Positions 51,679-62,958 are shown, counted from the stretch's first letter. The stretch is DNA of 64,000 bases from Escherichia coli (GCF_003790525.1 NZ_CP033635.1), one strand, 5' to 3'. Notes: generated from the letters alone by a model not told the origin. Numbers and translations are program-made.

Positions 51679-54474
51679 TTATTTTGGCAATAATACTCCG
51701 GTATAGGTATTCACCGGATGAGAAAGATATTGTTTAACGGCAGTGTTAACATTCTCTACCGTCATTTGTTTCAATAATTGCTCCTGCTCAGTCCATGCTG
51801 CAGGATCGTCATATTGAATAAGACTATTTACAATGGTGTTCGCTAATTGTTGAACGCTACGCTGTTGGATATCGAGGCTGCGCTGAACGTTTTGCTGGTA
51901 TTCATTCAGTTCTTGCTCACTGATCCCTTTAGCCAGGCGCTTAACCATCACTTCATTCGCTAACGTTAACAGTTCATCATGTCGTTCTGGTTGACAAGTA
52001 AAAGCCAGCAAATGACTGATATCTTTGGCCTGAGGATCAACCGAGAGGCGAGAAGAAACGCTGTATGCTCCAGATGCCTGTTCACGAATATTAACGCGTA
52101 GATCTTTTGCCAGTGCGACGTTAAAAGCATCGAGCGCCATACGCGTCTCCAGATTTACAGGTGTCCGGGAATCATAACGCTTCCACTGTGAAACCTGTGC
52201 CACAGGTTCATTTTGTTCTTTTACAGTAACCGATGCGTTGTCCGTCGCGCGAGTTAATGGTTTACCTGCGGCTAATGGCGAATCAGAGTGTTTGATTGAT
52301 CCTAAGTAACGCGTAATTAACGCCACGAGTTTGTCTTCTGCGACATTACCGACAATGACAAAGGTGATATCCGCTGGAGATGAAAACAACTGGCGATCGG
52401 CAGCCAGCGCATCTGCGGCAGTAAACTGTGCAATCTGATTTTCTTGCAGTAATTTCGTGCGGTCATCAGCATAGCGCGTCTCATACATCTGCTGGGCGAA
52501 TTTCTCCGCTGGACGCTGGTCGAGCGTTTTCAACGCCTGAATTTGAGCATTTTGTAGCGATGCCCAAATATTATCGTTAATCGTGCTGTGGGTGATTCGC
52601 TGGTTAATCAACTGGAAACCAGGTTCAGGGTTATTAGTCCGCGCGCTAACAGAGAGCAATGTATTCATGCCACTGACTTTACTGCTCATGGTTACCGAGT
52701 TTTCCGCACTCCAGCGTTTCAGGCTGGAAGAGGAGAGTTCACCAACGCCGCTTCCGCTTACTGCTTTATTTGCCAGCGCGATAAGTGATTTTTGCTGCGC
52801 AGGGAAACTTAAATCGCCTTTATTAGATACGGCAGTAATTTGTAGCTTTTGCTCTTCACCCGCGGATTTTGCCAGAATAACCCTGGCACCATTGGAAAGT
52901 GTTAATGATGTCAGATTCTCAGCCAGCGTTTCTTTGCTGCTAATTTCCGCCTGTGGGTCAGCGTCTACTGTTAACGATAAATTTCTGCCTGGGAAGATGT
53001 AAGCCGCCAGCTTTTTGTTGGCGTACTCTTTTTCCAGCGCCAGGATAGCCGCAGGAGACAATGCTTTTTTGGCGGCAACCTCATTGTTTACCATTTGCTC
53101 CCAAAATGCGTCCTGGTTCTTTCTTAACTGCTGCCATTTTTCCGCCAGACTTTGCACGGTAATTTGCTGCCACAGACGTTTCGAAAGTTGATATGTCTCT
53201 TCCGGCGACAAGAACGGCGTATTATTTAATGAGCTGGATGCCAGGCGACTGGTCAGCATACGTAAATCACGCTCAGCTTGCTGATCAACCGCATTTTTCA
53301 GCCAGGTAAGGCGGGTAGATTTAACATCATCGAGTTCTTCAGCAGAAAAGCCATGCTGATCAATGGTTGCCAACTCTGCCATTAATGCATTCGCAGCATC
53401 CTGCATATTATCGTCTTGTGCATTTACACGGAAAAACAGCGACTGATAATCGGGTGCAATTTTGACGCTGCGCGCAGTGCCGCCAGAAATAGTCTTCAAC
53501 TCGCCCGACTGTATGCGTTCTTGCAGACGTTGGTTGAACAGCTGAACTAACATGCTCCATTCAGCTTGTTCGATAAAGCTTTGCTCATCGCTCACTTGCA
53601 CCATTGGCAGGCGATAATAGAGTGCGATGCCGTTCACCCGGTTTTCTTTATCATTGATGATATTAAAGCGCAGGTGGTTTTCGGCTTTTGTCGGCCAGAC
53701 GCGATTTTCAGCTGCTTTGTTAGCCGGAAGCTTACTTAAATTATCCTTTATCAGCGCCAGCGCTTCTTTACTGTCGATATCGCCGACCACAATAAAGGTC
53801 ATATTATTTGGTTGATACCAGCGTTGATAAAATTGGCGCAATTGTGCCGGTGTGACCGTGGCGACGGTATCCATCAGGCCGATAGGTTCACGGTCTAAAT
53901 TACGGGTATTTGCCAGCAGGAAAGGGCGGCGCGCCTGAGAGGTGCGCCATTTTGCATCCTGATGGGCACGCCATTCCTCAGTAATTACGCCACGTTCAGC
54001 GTCTACTTCGAGTTTTTCAAAGGTTGCGGCATTACTCCATTCACTGAAGATTGCCATCACTTGTTGCAGATTTTGTTTCTGCGTAGTCGGCAAACTCACC
54101 TGATACACTGTTTCGTCATAGCTGGTATAGGCATTAACATCGCGACCAAAACGAAGGCCCATTGACTCAAATGTTTCGATGACTTTATTACCCGGCCATG
54201 TTTTTGTGCCGTTAAACATCATATGTTCTACAAAATGAGCCACGCCGCGCTCATTGTCCTCTTCCTGCAATGAACCGGTATGAATTTGCAGCCATAAATT
54301 TACCTGATCCTTTGGTTGAGCATGCGGATAAATCAGATATCGCAAGCCATTGTCCAGTTGCCCGGTAATTAACTTTTCATCCTGCGGTAAGGCGGCGGCA
54401 ATCAGTCGCCCGGGGAGCAACAGAGTTGCCACTAACGTCAGTAAGAAACAGAGGTTTCTCATAATTATCTCCAT
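51679..54474 (-). CDS. pqqL: Periplasmic M16-family zinc metallopeptidase
   Basis: 931-aa ORF with signal peptide and inverzincin motif HFVEH…E (…GVAHFVEHMMFNGT…). Confidence 0.9.
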   Translation of the reverse strand: MEIIMRNLCFLLTLVATLLLPGRLIAAALPQDEKLITGQLDNGLRYLIYPHAQPKDQVNLWLQIHTGSLQEEDNERGVAHFVEHMMFNGTKTWPGNKVIETFESMGLRFGRDVNAYTSYDETVYQVSLPTTQKQNLQQVMAIFSEWSNAATFEKLEVDAERGVITEEWRAHQDAKWRTSQARRPFLLANTRNLDREPIGLMDTVATVTPAQLRQFYQRWYQPNNMTFIVVGDIDSKEALALIKDNLSKLPANKAAENRVWPTKAENHLRFNIINDKENRVNGIALYYRLPMVQVSDEQSFIEQAEWSMLVQLFNQRLQERIQSGELKTISGGTARSVKIAPDYQSLFFRVNAQDDNMQDAANALMAELATIDQHGFSAEELDDVKSTRLTWLKNAVDQQAERDLRMLTSRLASSSLNNTPFLSPEETYQLSKRLWQQITVQSLAEKWQQLRKNQDAFWEQMVNNEVAAKKALSPAAILALEKEYANKKLAAYIFPGRNLSLTVDADPQAEISSKETLAENLTSLTLSNGARVILAKSAGEEQKLQITAVSNKGDLSFPAQQKSLIALANKAVSGSGVGELSSSSLKRWSAENSVTMSSKVSGMNTLLSVSARTNNPEPGFQLINQRITHSTINDNIWASLQNAQIQALKTLDQRPAEKFAQQMYETRYADDRTKLLQENQIAQFTAADALAADRQLFSSPADITFVIVGNVAEDKLVALITRYLGSIKHSDSPLAAGKPLTRATDNASVTVKEQNEPVAQVSQWKRYDSRTPVNLETRMALDAFNVALAKDLRVNIREQASGAYSVSSRLSVDPQAKDISHLLAFTCQPERHDELLTLANEVMVKRLAKGISEQELNEYQQNVQRSLDIQQRSVQQLANTIVNSLIQYDDPAAWTEQEQLLKQMTVENVNTAVKQYLSHPVNTYTGVLLPK

Positions 54475-54518
54475 GCGAAAACCGGGCGAATTTACCCGGT
54501 TAAGTAAAATCCGAACTA

Positions 54519-56891
54519 TTAAAATTTCATGCTGACATCAAGCCAGAAAGTACGGCCACTGGCGTAGGTCGCCACACCGGTATTCGTTGTATCAACAGCG
54601 GTTTTGCTATCCAGTACATTGAGAATATCGGCACTGAACGTCAGGTTTTGTTGTTTCAGAAATTGTGGCGTCCAGGACAAGCGGGTGTCCCAGGTCAGGC
54701 TGCTATCCAGTTTTTCGTCAACATACTGCTTGTAATCTGAATATTCGCTGATGTATTGCGCATTCGTCTTACCCAGGATAATGCGAGCTTTACGCGCTTC
54801 TTGCCAGGTCAGCGTATTCGCCCACACCAACCCGCTCGGTTGATGCGTGAAATCCATGTTTAAGGAGATCTTTAATGGATTATTAAAATCCGCCACTGGA
54901 ACGCTATCGTAAGAGACCAGATTACCGTTATAAACCACCTGGTTATCACCGGTATTGCTCTCCTCATAACCATTGTTTAACGACAAGTTGCCCTTGCTCT
55001 TGATATAGCTAAAGACAATTTGCGGGTTAATATCTACCTGGCTGATATGCAGGGGTTCGGCCAGTTCAAAACTGAGGTTGAACGAATGCGTTTTGGTTTT
55101 ACCGTCGTTGTTATATTCAGTAATGGTGGTTTTAGTCGCGCTGTCGGTACGACTGCTTTTACTGATTTGATCATGCGCTTCACGGTAAACATAGTTTGCA
55201 CGCGCAATAACGTTCTTACCGATTTTCTGCTGCAACCCCATTGCCAGTTCATCGTTATAAGGCGTTTTCAAATCCTGATAACGCGTCAGGGTTTTATTGC
55301 CTGATACCGATTCCGTCCAGCTATTGCGGATATCACGTAATCCCATATCAAGAATATTCCCGCCATAGTAACGGTTATAACCTGCGGTAATCATTGAGGT
55401 TTGATCAGCAAAAATATCCCATTCCGTCATAAAGCGCGGGGAGATATTGTGGTTTGACAGATAGTTGTCATAGTCATACCGCACGCCGGGCATTAATGAC
55501 ACATTACGCCAGCTAATGCGATCCGCCATATACAGCGTGTAGTTGTCAATTCCCAGGCTGCCTTTACCTTTATGGTAAATGGTATGGTTAGTTTTCTTTC
55601 CGGCAGCATTAATCACATAGGATTCAGACTGGTTATGGCGTTCAGTCCATGCATCGGAATAGATGTATTCCGCGCCGAAGTAGGGTTGATGCGAAACATT
55701 ACCCACGGTGAATTTTTGCCAGTCCAGGCGTGTTTTGAAGGTGTAATTATCTACAGCCTGGGAAATGTGTCCTAATCCGCCACGGGTGCAACGCCCTGTA
55801 ATATCACCATATGTACATGAAAGTTCGGTGTACCAGATGTCATGATCGTGACGGGTATAATCACTAATATGATCCCAACCAACGGTGGTACGCAGTTTGG
55901 CCCATGCGAGCTGGGTATCCATATCCCATGCCAGACCATAGGATTTATTACCCATTTCGCGATCAGACTCCGGGAAGGTGCTGGTATTATAATCACGGCT
56001 GGAGCCGGTATATTTTAAGGTTAAATCGTGGGTAAAGCGGTCGCTGGCAAACCAGGTAAATTTGCTCAATGCAGTATCGATAACGTTTTTATACTGTGCC
56101 CGGCCGGCGACAATGCCGTCATTCGAAACATAATCCGCGCGGGTGATATCAGACTGGCGGCGCGATAAACCGGCGGTAACGCCAAAGTTATCAGCGAGTT
56201 CCTGATTAAACGACAAGGTATAAAAGTTCTTTTTAAAATCTGGAGAGTAATAAGTACTTCCTGAAGAACCTTGATTAAATGCGCTCTTGTTATTCTCATC
56301 GATATGCGATGTTAACCAGTCCGAACGCGTAGTGCGATAACCCAGTTTCACGCTGCTATCATCAGCGTTGAAGCGTTTGATCTTTGCATCAATTACCCCG
56401 CCATTGAAGCGACCGAATTCAACCGGCACAAAACTGTCATAAAGCGTCACATTGTCCAGTAAGCTGACATCAAGATAATACCCCTGTGACATCCCGCTAA
56501 TATTGGTTGCACTACTGGCATCGGACTCATTCGCTGGGTTCAGGTTATTCGTTGCACTAATACCGTCAATCAAATAGGCATTCTGGTAGGGCGACGCACC
56601 GTGAATAGAGATTTTCTCCGGGCGAATATCTCCCTGGTTCAATGAGGTACTTTGCGTTGAATCCATGCGTACCGCAGGGTTGGTTCTCAGCAGATCGCTG
56701 ATATTGCCATTCCCGGTCGGTAAACGCTCGATGCTTTCACTGGTGTAATGCGTGTTGCCGTTTACGGGTACAGGGACAGGAGCATAGACCGTCATCTCTT
56801 CAAAAACATGCATGTACATATTTTTGTCATCGACGGCCTGCGCTACATCAGCGCCACATAAAATGACGCCAGGAATAAGAACTCGCTTCAT
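54519..56891 (-). CDS. yddB: TonB-dependent outer-membrane receptor
   Basis: 790-aa ORF with signal peptide, plug and barrel, and C-terminal …DVSMKF. Confidence 0.9.
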   Translation of the reverse strand: MKRVLIPGVILCGADVAQAVDDKNMYMHVFEEMTVYAPVPVPVNGNTHYTSESIERLPTGNGNISDLLRTNPAVRMDSTQSTSLNQGDIRPEKISIHGASPYQNAYLIDGISATNNLNPANESDASSATNISGMSQGYYLDVSLLDNVTLYDSFVPVEFGRFNGGVIDAKIKRFNADDSSVKLGYRTTRSDWLTSHIDENNKSAFNQGSSGSTYYSPDFKKNFYTLSFNQELADNFGVTAGLSRRQSDITRADYVSNDGIVAGRAQYKNVIDTALSKFTWFASDRFTHDLTLKYTGSSRDYNTSTFPESDREMGNKSYGLAWDMDTQLAWAKLRTTVGWDHISDYTRHDHDIWYTELSCTYGDITGRCTRGGLGHISQAVDNYTFKTRLDWQKFTVGNVSHQPYFGAEYIYSDAWTERHNQSESYVINAAGKKTNHTIYHKGKGSLGIDNYTLYMADRISWRNVSLMPGVRYDYDNYLSNHNISPRFMTEWDIFADQTSMITAGYNRYYGGNILDMGLRDIRNSWTESVSGNKTLTRYQDLKTPYNDELAMGLQQKIGKNVIARANYVYREAHDQISKSSRTDSATKTTITEYNNDGKTKTHSFNLSFELAEPLHISQVDINPQIVFSYIKSKGNLSLNNGYEESNTGDNQVVYNGNLVSYDSVPVADFNNPLKISLNMDFTHQPSGLVWANTLTWQEARKARIILGKTNAQYISEYSDYKQYVDEKLDSSLTWDTRLSWTPQFLKQQNLTFSADILNVLDSKTAVDTTNTGVATYASGRTFWLDVSMKF

Positions 56892-56928
56892 TTATTTATA
56901 TCTCCGTACAGCAGGGCTTTTATTGTTT

Positions 56929-58614
56929 TTATAAAACCGCGCTAATGTCACAAATATCATCGGCCAGGTTCCAGACACCGGGTTGATGTGTAACCATAAT
57001 GACGCCGCTTGTGGGGAGTTTTTCTCGCACTAAACGCAGTAAGCGGATTGCCTCTTGTTCCTCAAGATGAGAGGTAGTTTCGTCAAGAAATATCCATTTC
57101 GGACGTCGTAAAATTAATCGAGCCAGGGCGATACGTTGTTTTTCGCCGCTGGAAAGAATATCTCCCCAGCGATCGTGGTCATGAATACGCGTAGCCAATT
57201 TCCCCAGCCCAACCTGATGCAGTACTTCACTCAACGATTTATCGTCTACGGACAGGGGAAGTGCTTTACAAATAATCTCTTTCAGTAAGCCGGTTTTGAT
57301 TAACGGTGTTTGTGACACATACCAACTGTCAGCAGGAGAAGAAATATCACCTTTAAACCACGGCCAGCAGTGGGATAATGTTTTAAGCAGTGTGGTTTTT
57401 CCCGTACCAGAGTAACCTTTCAGCAATAGCCATTTGCCTGGCAAAACATGAAAGTTCAGGTTCTCTAATATGATCTTATTATCAGGAGTACGAATACTCG
57501 CGTCAGCCACTTGTACCGCATGTTGGCAATTTTTAGGCTTATTCGTAGGGCGCTGTTCGGTGAGTTGATGGAACTCAGACAAGCGATCGATAACCGCAGC
57601 CAGTACAGCAAGTTCATCATATTTATAAATAAACCAGCTTAAATTGTTCGATACCAGCATAAATGCCTGGCGCGATTTCATCAGTCCGCCCAGATTGATC
57701 TGTCCGCTAATAAACTGCGGCAATAACAGAAAGTAGGGAAGAACGCTAAGCGAGCGCGAATAAATATTCTGCCAGTAATCAAGCCACCGCTGACGATTCA
57801 TTAAACGATGCCAGTTCTCTTTAATGGTATGAAAATTTTCGCTCAACTCCTGGCGTTGTAGAGACTCAGCATTGCTTAGCGCAATCAGTTCTGCCTGCTT
57901 ATTATGCTGCACAAGATTAGTTCGAAATGTCGCTTCGCTACGTTGTTTTTCCACATTAAGCGGACGAATACGTTTACCAACCTTATGGGTAAATAAAGTT
58001 CCACCGATCACAATGAGCACGACGGTATAGACCATATACCCCTGGATATTCCATTCAGTTCCACCAACAGTGAATGAGAGCGTACCCGCGCTTTGCCAAA
58101 GAATAACGGTAAAGGTGATCAGCATGCTAAGTGACTGGATGAAGCCAAATGAAAGACTGAGCGTTTTGCTGATCAGTAAGAGAATGTCTTCAGCGATACG
58201 TTGGTCAGGGTTATCTGTATTTTTATGCTCGCCGTAGATCTGCGTGAAGTAGTAGTTTTTATCTGCAAACCAGCGATTAAGGTAGTAATCTGTTAACCAT
58301 TCGCGCCAGCGAATAGTCAGTAGTTTAATTAACCATGTTTTGTTTACGGATATTAATACAAAGATCCCCAGCAGGGCAGGGAACCAAAGGACAAGCTGCC
58401 AAAGCTTATCAGTTTCTTTCTGGCTTAGCGCATTGAAAAAATCATTATTCCAGTCGTTTAACCAGACCTGAATTTTAACCACGCCAAGGATCATGGCGAG
58501 GATAATAATGATTAACAACACTGAAGTTTTATTATTCTTACGCAGCCAAAAGGGCTTCAGCAGACAGAGATACTTTGCTATCAACATACAAAACGTAATG
58601 GGAATGGTTATCAT
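56929..58614 (-). CDS. yddA: ABC transporter, fused permease/ATPase (SbmA/BacA-like N-terminal domain)
   Basis: 561-aa ORF: N-terminal TM domain plus C-terminal ABC ATPase (GYSGTGKTT Walker A; LSSGEKQR signature). Confidence 0.88.
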   Translation of the reverse strand: MITIPITFCMLIAKYLCLLKPFWLRKNNKTSVLLIIIILAMILGVVKIQVWLNDWNNDFFNALSQKETDKLWQLVLWFPALLGIFVLISVNKTWLIKLLTIRWREWLTDYYLNRWFADKNYYFTQIYGEHKNTDNPDQRIAEDILLLISKTLSLSFGFIQSLSMLITFTVILWQSAGTLSFTVGGTEWNIQGYMVYTVVLIVIGGTLFTHKVGKRIRPLNVEKQRSEATFRTNLVQHNKQAELIALSNAESLQRQELSENFHTIKENWHRLMNRQRWLDYWQNIYSRSLSVLPYFLLLPQFISGQINLGGLMKSRQAFMLVSNNLSWFIYKYDELAVLAAVIDRLSEFHQLTEQRPTNKPKNCQHAVQVADASIRTPDNKIILENLNFHVLPGKWLLLKGYSGTGKTTLLKTLSHCWPWFKGDISSPADSWYVSQTPLIKTGLLKEIICKALPLSVDDKSLSEVLHQVGLGKLATRIHDHDRWGDILSSGEKQRIALARLILRRPKWIFLDETTSHLEEQEAIRLLRLVREKLPTSGVIMVTHQPGVWNLADDICDISAVL

Positions 58615-58904
58615 TAGCGAAAATTTATTGTGCCATCCAATGATTATCTATGGCAATGATATACTGATGAAATTTATTTAAGTATCATTTAACAATATGA
58701 AATATAAAGAAATATTTTATTTTCAGTGGTTATGGTTATGCTATTGATAATCAAGGGTATTGCTAATGCCCTGACGCATACCTCGTAAGCCAGGATTTTC
58801 GCAAAGGAAGATGATGAAGACGAAACACCCGACAGGAATTTATGTCGGGTGCCTTGTTAAGGTCATAAGAAGGAGGCTAAGAATGGAGCTAAGGGGGAGC
58901 GTTA

Positions 58905-60062
58905 TTAATTATTCTCCATTTGTTTTGCAACATCCATAATGTGGTAAAGCGGTACTCTGTTCTTAGCTAACTCCACCATGGCGTTCATATAAGGTACCAT
59001 GGTTGAAAAAAGGATTTTATAACCTTCGCAAAAATAGGAAACAGTCTCATTGTTTACTTTAGTAATACGATGCTTAGGGCAACCACCATTGCAGATAGGT
59101 TTATATGCACATTGCTGACATTTCGCTGAAATCCGTTTTTTTTGCGCTGTCAGTTGAACACTGTTCATCGTTTTGAGTTCAGATTTATTAATGTTTCCAA
59201 TTTTGTACTGTGGATAGACAAAATGGTCGCATTCGTAAATGTCTCCATTACTTTCAACAACCAGATTATCCTTGCAGGACGCCTGGAAAATACAACTGGT
59301 ATGCCCATTCCCCAAAAAACGGCTGACAAAGCTTTCAAACTGACGGATGAAAATTTCACCCACATCGTTTTTAACCCATTGCATAAAAATGGTTGACATA
59401 AACTTGCCATAAGCCGTAGGAGGCACAGAAAAATCAATGATACGGAATGTGTTCTCACTATGACCACTGAAATCAATATTCGGCGTCCCGGTTTCGAGCA
59501 ATTCGATAAATTGCATATGTTTACTGCCGATAGATTTTAAAAAATGATAAACCTCAAGAGGGTAATGGACATTAACGTTATTAATGACGGTTAACGTATT
59601 AAACTCTACTTGATATGATTTCAGACGCTCGATGGCTGCTATCACTTTTGCAAAAGTACCGTTACCTGAATTACTGCGTCTGTAACGGTCATGTAGCTCC
59701 TGGGGTCCATCGATCGAGATACCAACCAGAAACTCATGTTCTTTGAGAAAGGCACACCATTCATTATTCAATAAAATGCCATTCGTTTGTAATGCATTAA
59801 AAATACGTTTTTGGCCTGCATAGCGTTGTTGATAGTGAATAACTTTACGGAAAAAATCCAGGCCAGCCAGAGTGGGTTCACCGCCTTGCCAGGTAAAATA
59901 GACCTGATTGCCAGACGCTGCGATATATTGTTTGATGAACTCTTTCAGAGTGCTGTCATCCATCCATTTTTCATGAGTAAACTGCGACTCTTTTTCAAGG
60001 TAAAAACAGTAATCACATTTGAGATTACATTGAAAACTGGAGGGCTTGGCTGTAACGTGCAT
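58905..60062 (-). CDS. ydeM: Radical-SAM anaerobic sulfatase-maturating enzyme homologue
   Basis: 385-aa product from [19 protein letters not shown]… (CxxxCxxC radical-SAM motif) with C-terminal auxiliary Cys clusters. Confidence 0.88.
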   Translation of the reverse strand: MHVTAKPSSFQCNLKCDYCFYLEKESQFTHEKWMDDSTLKEFIKQYIAASGNQVYFTWQGGEPTLAGLDFFRKVIHYQQRYAGQKRIFNALQTNGILLNNEWCAFLKEHEFLVGISIDGPQELHDRYRRSNSGNGTFAKVIAAIERLKSYQVEFNTLTVINNVNVHYPLEVYHFLKSIGSKHMQFIELLETGTPNIDFSGHSENTFRIIDFSVPPTAYGKFMSTIFMQWVKNDVGEIFIRQFESFVSRFLGNGHTSCIFQASCKDNLVVESNGDIYECDHFVYPQYKIGNINKSELKTMNSVQLTAQKKRISAKCQQCAYKPICNGGCPKHRITKVNNETVSYFCEGYKILFSTMVPYMNAMVELAKNRVPLYHIMDVAKQMENN

Positions 60063-60113
60063 CGCTATCTCGCTCAATAAGGCGGCGGAAAAATCCGCCG
60101 CATGAAGGTTTAG

Positions 60114-61796
60114 TTATTTCGCTTCGCTTAGTGCTTTCTTGATATTGTTAAACTTCTCCTGATTTACCTCGCTAAGTGGTGGTTGGCTGCTGTCGATAAA
60201 CTCTCTTACCACGCCTTGCATCTCTTTAACGACCTGCGGATTGGCGGCGGCAAGGTTATCTTTTTGCTGTAGATCCGTCAGTTTGTATAGACCTAACTGA
60301 TTGTTTTCTACTGTATAGACAAGCGAATAATCGTTATTTCTTACCGTATAAGAGAATTGGCTTAAATCCTCGGTGTTGGGGTTATGCGGGTAATCGTCTG
60401 ACTGATGGCGGACAAATTTGTGGTAATTATCCCAGAATGGAATATTTTCCTCGTCAAACCAGTGAGAATAAGAGGTTATCCAGGTCAGATTTTTATGTGG
60501 CTCGCCTTGTTTCTTATCTTGCAACCACGGCAGCAAGGAAACGCCATCCAGCTTAAGGTCTTTTGGAATGCTGATATCGGCTGCATCAAGAGCTGTCGGG
60601 TAGAAATCCATTGCGGAAATCAGCTTGTCATAATTACCGGGTTGAAGTTTTCCTTTCCACCACATAAACATTGGGGTGTGAGTACCGCCAGGATAGGTCT
60701 GACTCTTATAGCCTTTTTGCGCCCCGTTCAGCGGCAGAGGACCATCGATAACCGCACCATTATCGGAGGTAAAGAGAATAATAGTATTGTCATACTGTCC
60801 GTTTTTCTTCAGTTGTTCGAGAATGCGTTTTACACCCTGATCAACAGAATAAACGGAAGCGTAGTAGTTATCTGCTGTTTGACTACCGGTATTAAATTGC
60901 TTCTGATATTGCTCCGGTGCAGGATTATCATTTGGCAGGTGCGGAGCATTATAAGCCAGGTAAAGCATAAAAGGCTGGTCAAGTGTTTTGGCACGATCAA
61001 CAACGCCAATTGCCTCATCGGTTAACTGATCGCTGATATAACCTTTTGCGGGGACGCGTTCACGGTTTTTGAACAGTGAAGGGGAGTTGTAATATGCCGT
61101 TCCTGCAGCGTGGAATCCCATAAAGTAATCAAAGCCACGGTTTTGAGGTTGCCATTCTTCCGCAGAAAATGTGGTGAAGTTGTCATGATAGTCACGCGTT
61201 TGTTTATCTTCCGGTACCGGCACATTACTGATTTTTGACAAGTGCCATTTACCTACTGCTGCAGTGTAATAACCATGATTCTGGAATAATTCAGGCAAGA
61301 AAGTTTCTGTTAGCGGAATACCATCCTGAGCATCGGTATTGGAATAGACACCAAAGCGGGCGGGCGCTCGACCGGTCATTATTGCAGCGCGGGAGGGGCC
61401 GGAAACACCGTGCGCCACATAGCCGTTAGTAAAACGCACGCCTTCATCCATTAATGAAAGGAGCGTCGGCGTTGATTTTTGCGCAGCTTCAATGGCTTTA
61501 TCTATCCCTATTTTGTAGGTATCGACAACTTCACGATTTTCCATTGTTTTTGGGTCAAAAGATCCCTTATCAAAAGGAAGTTGTCCATAACCAAGATCAT
61601 CCATGGTCAGTACGATAATATTTGGCTTTCCTTTGGTACTGTATTCAGTCGGCGTAAAGTCTGAGAAAGCAACGTTTGTTTTGGTTGCTTTCAGCTTTAC
61701 ATCATCTGCCGCATGAGCAGCAAATGCAGCCATACCAGATGCCAGTATCAAAGATATCGAGGTACTTACGACACTTTTCTTTAATGCAGACTTCAT
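60114..61796 (-). CDS. ydeN: Secreted Ser-type sulfatase
   Basis: 560-aa product from MKSALKKSVVSTSI… (signal peptide); sulfatase signature S-x-P-x-R present (…HGVSGPSRAAIMTGR…). Confidence 0.88.
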   Translation of the reverse strand: MKSALKKSVVSTSISLILASGMAAFAAHAADDVKLKATKTNVAFSDFTPTEYSTKGKPNIIVLTMDDLGYGQLPFDKGSFDPKTMENREVVDTYKIGIDKAIEAAQKSTPTLLSLMDEGVRFTNGYVAHGVSGPSRAAIMTGRAPARFGVYSNTDAQDGIPLTETFLPELFQNHGYYTAAVGKWHLSKISNVPVPEDKQTRDYHDNFTTFSAEEWQPQNRGFDYFMGFHAAGTAYYNSPSLFKNRERVPAKGYISDQLTDEAIGVVDRAKTLDQPFMLYLAYNAPHLPNDNPAPEQYQKQFNTGSQTADNYYASVYSVDQGVKRILEQLKKNGQYDNTIILFTSDNGAVIDGPLPLNGAQKGYKSQTYPGGTHTPMFMWWKGKLQPGNYDKLISAMDFYPTALDAADISIPKDLKLDGVSLLPWLQDKKQGEPHKNLTWITSYSHWFDEENIPFWDNYHKFVRHQSDDYPHNPNTEDLSQFSYTVRNNDYSLVYTVENNQLGLYKLTDLQQKDNLAAANPQVVKEMQGVVREFIDSSQPPLSEVNQEKFNNIKKALSEAK

Positions 61797-62196
61797 AAAT
61801 GTTCCTCTTCTTATTGTACTTAATTCCAAAGTAATTTTACGAAGAGAAATAAGTGGATGTAAGTGAAGTGAGTCACATAAAGAGATAGCAGATTTAGCTA
61901 AAAAAGGGAAATAACAGTCCATAAAGCGTTGACATTACTTTCTGTTCTACTAAGTAATTTCTCGCCGATAAACAACTAATCTATTGATATTTAATAAATT
62001 ATTGCATTTTAATGACAAAATGCCGAATTGAGATCATAAATAATCATGCAACAGGTTATGCAAATGCATAAATATGTGATGAATGTCACTTATTTATTTC
62101 AAGAAATATATCGCCTAAAAACAACGCGGGGCAGGAAATGGCTGCCCCATTTAATTCTTACGTAGCGTGTGTGGTTGACTACTCGTTAGCAAATAA

Positions 62197-62958
62197 TCAA
62201 ATAGCTAAAGCACTCATCGTGTTGTCCGTGTTCATACCGGTGTGCCTTTGACAACGGTACTCCTTCGAAACTCTCTTCGGACTGTTGCCGAAATGTTTGC
62301 GGAACGCATAAATAAAATAAGATGTACTCGCATAACCACATTGTTCGGCAATTTTATTGACTGAACCTTCTACGCGTATCAAATTTTTTGCGTGCTGCAT
62401 TCTGGCATCTAAAAGAATCTGTGAGAATGTCGTTTGCTCTTGCTTTAGTTTTTTCTTCAACAGGCTTTCACTGATGTACAGGCAGTCACAAATATCTTTC
62501 AGCTTCCATGGGTGCGCCAGCTTCATGTTGACAATATTTCTCACTTTCCCGGAAACGGATAGCACACCGTTAGTTAATAGTGTAATGAAACCTTTGCATG
62601 CGGCAAAAATAGACAGGCAAGAAAAAAGCAAAAGTTCTGAAAAGTTATGATGATTGCGTTCTTCCGAGTTGAGATAAGCAATCATTTCATTAAGCAATCC
62701 CGTCGGTACATTTGAAGCACGTAAAAACTTCGCAGGAACAGGCACCGTCACTGTCTGGATGTTAGTGCATTGTAGATATTTTTTAATGGTGTTTTCATTA
62801 AATCCGATTTCTTTGAAATGCCGCTCATAAGGTTCAAAATGCGTACGAACAGCGTTATCTACCATCAGGATCTCGCCGTCAGAGAAGGCGTAATCTTTAT
62901 CTAAAATGTTAGCGTTGAAGGCATGATGAATAAATATAACAGAACAAACGAGCGACAT
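62197..62958 (-). CDS. ydeO: AraC-family acid-resistance regulator
   Basis: 253-aa ORF with C-terminal AraC HTH; upstream neighbour safA. Confidence 0.9.
   Translation of the reverse strand: MSLVCSVIFIHHAFNANILDKDYAFSDGEILMVDNAVRTHFEPYERHFKEIGFNENTIKKYLQCTNIQTVTVPVPAKFLRASNVPTGLLNEMIAYLNSEERNHHNFSELLLFSCLSIFAACKGFITLLTNGVLSVSGKVRNIVNMKLAHPWKLKDICDCLYISESLLKKKLKQEQTTFSQILLDARMQHAKNLIRVEGSVNKIAEQCGYASTSYFIYAFRKHFGNSPKRVSKEYRCQRHTGMNTDNTMSALAI

Noticed and set aside
58869-58939. Strong Shine-Dalgarno (aaggagg) followed by an 18-codon plus-strand ORF ([18 protein letters not shown]) overlapping the 3' end of ydeM
   Set aside because: Very short, antisense to the ydeM stop region, and with no visible conservation signal. 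It cannot be separated from a chance RBS-like sequence without ribosome-profiling or comparative data.
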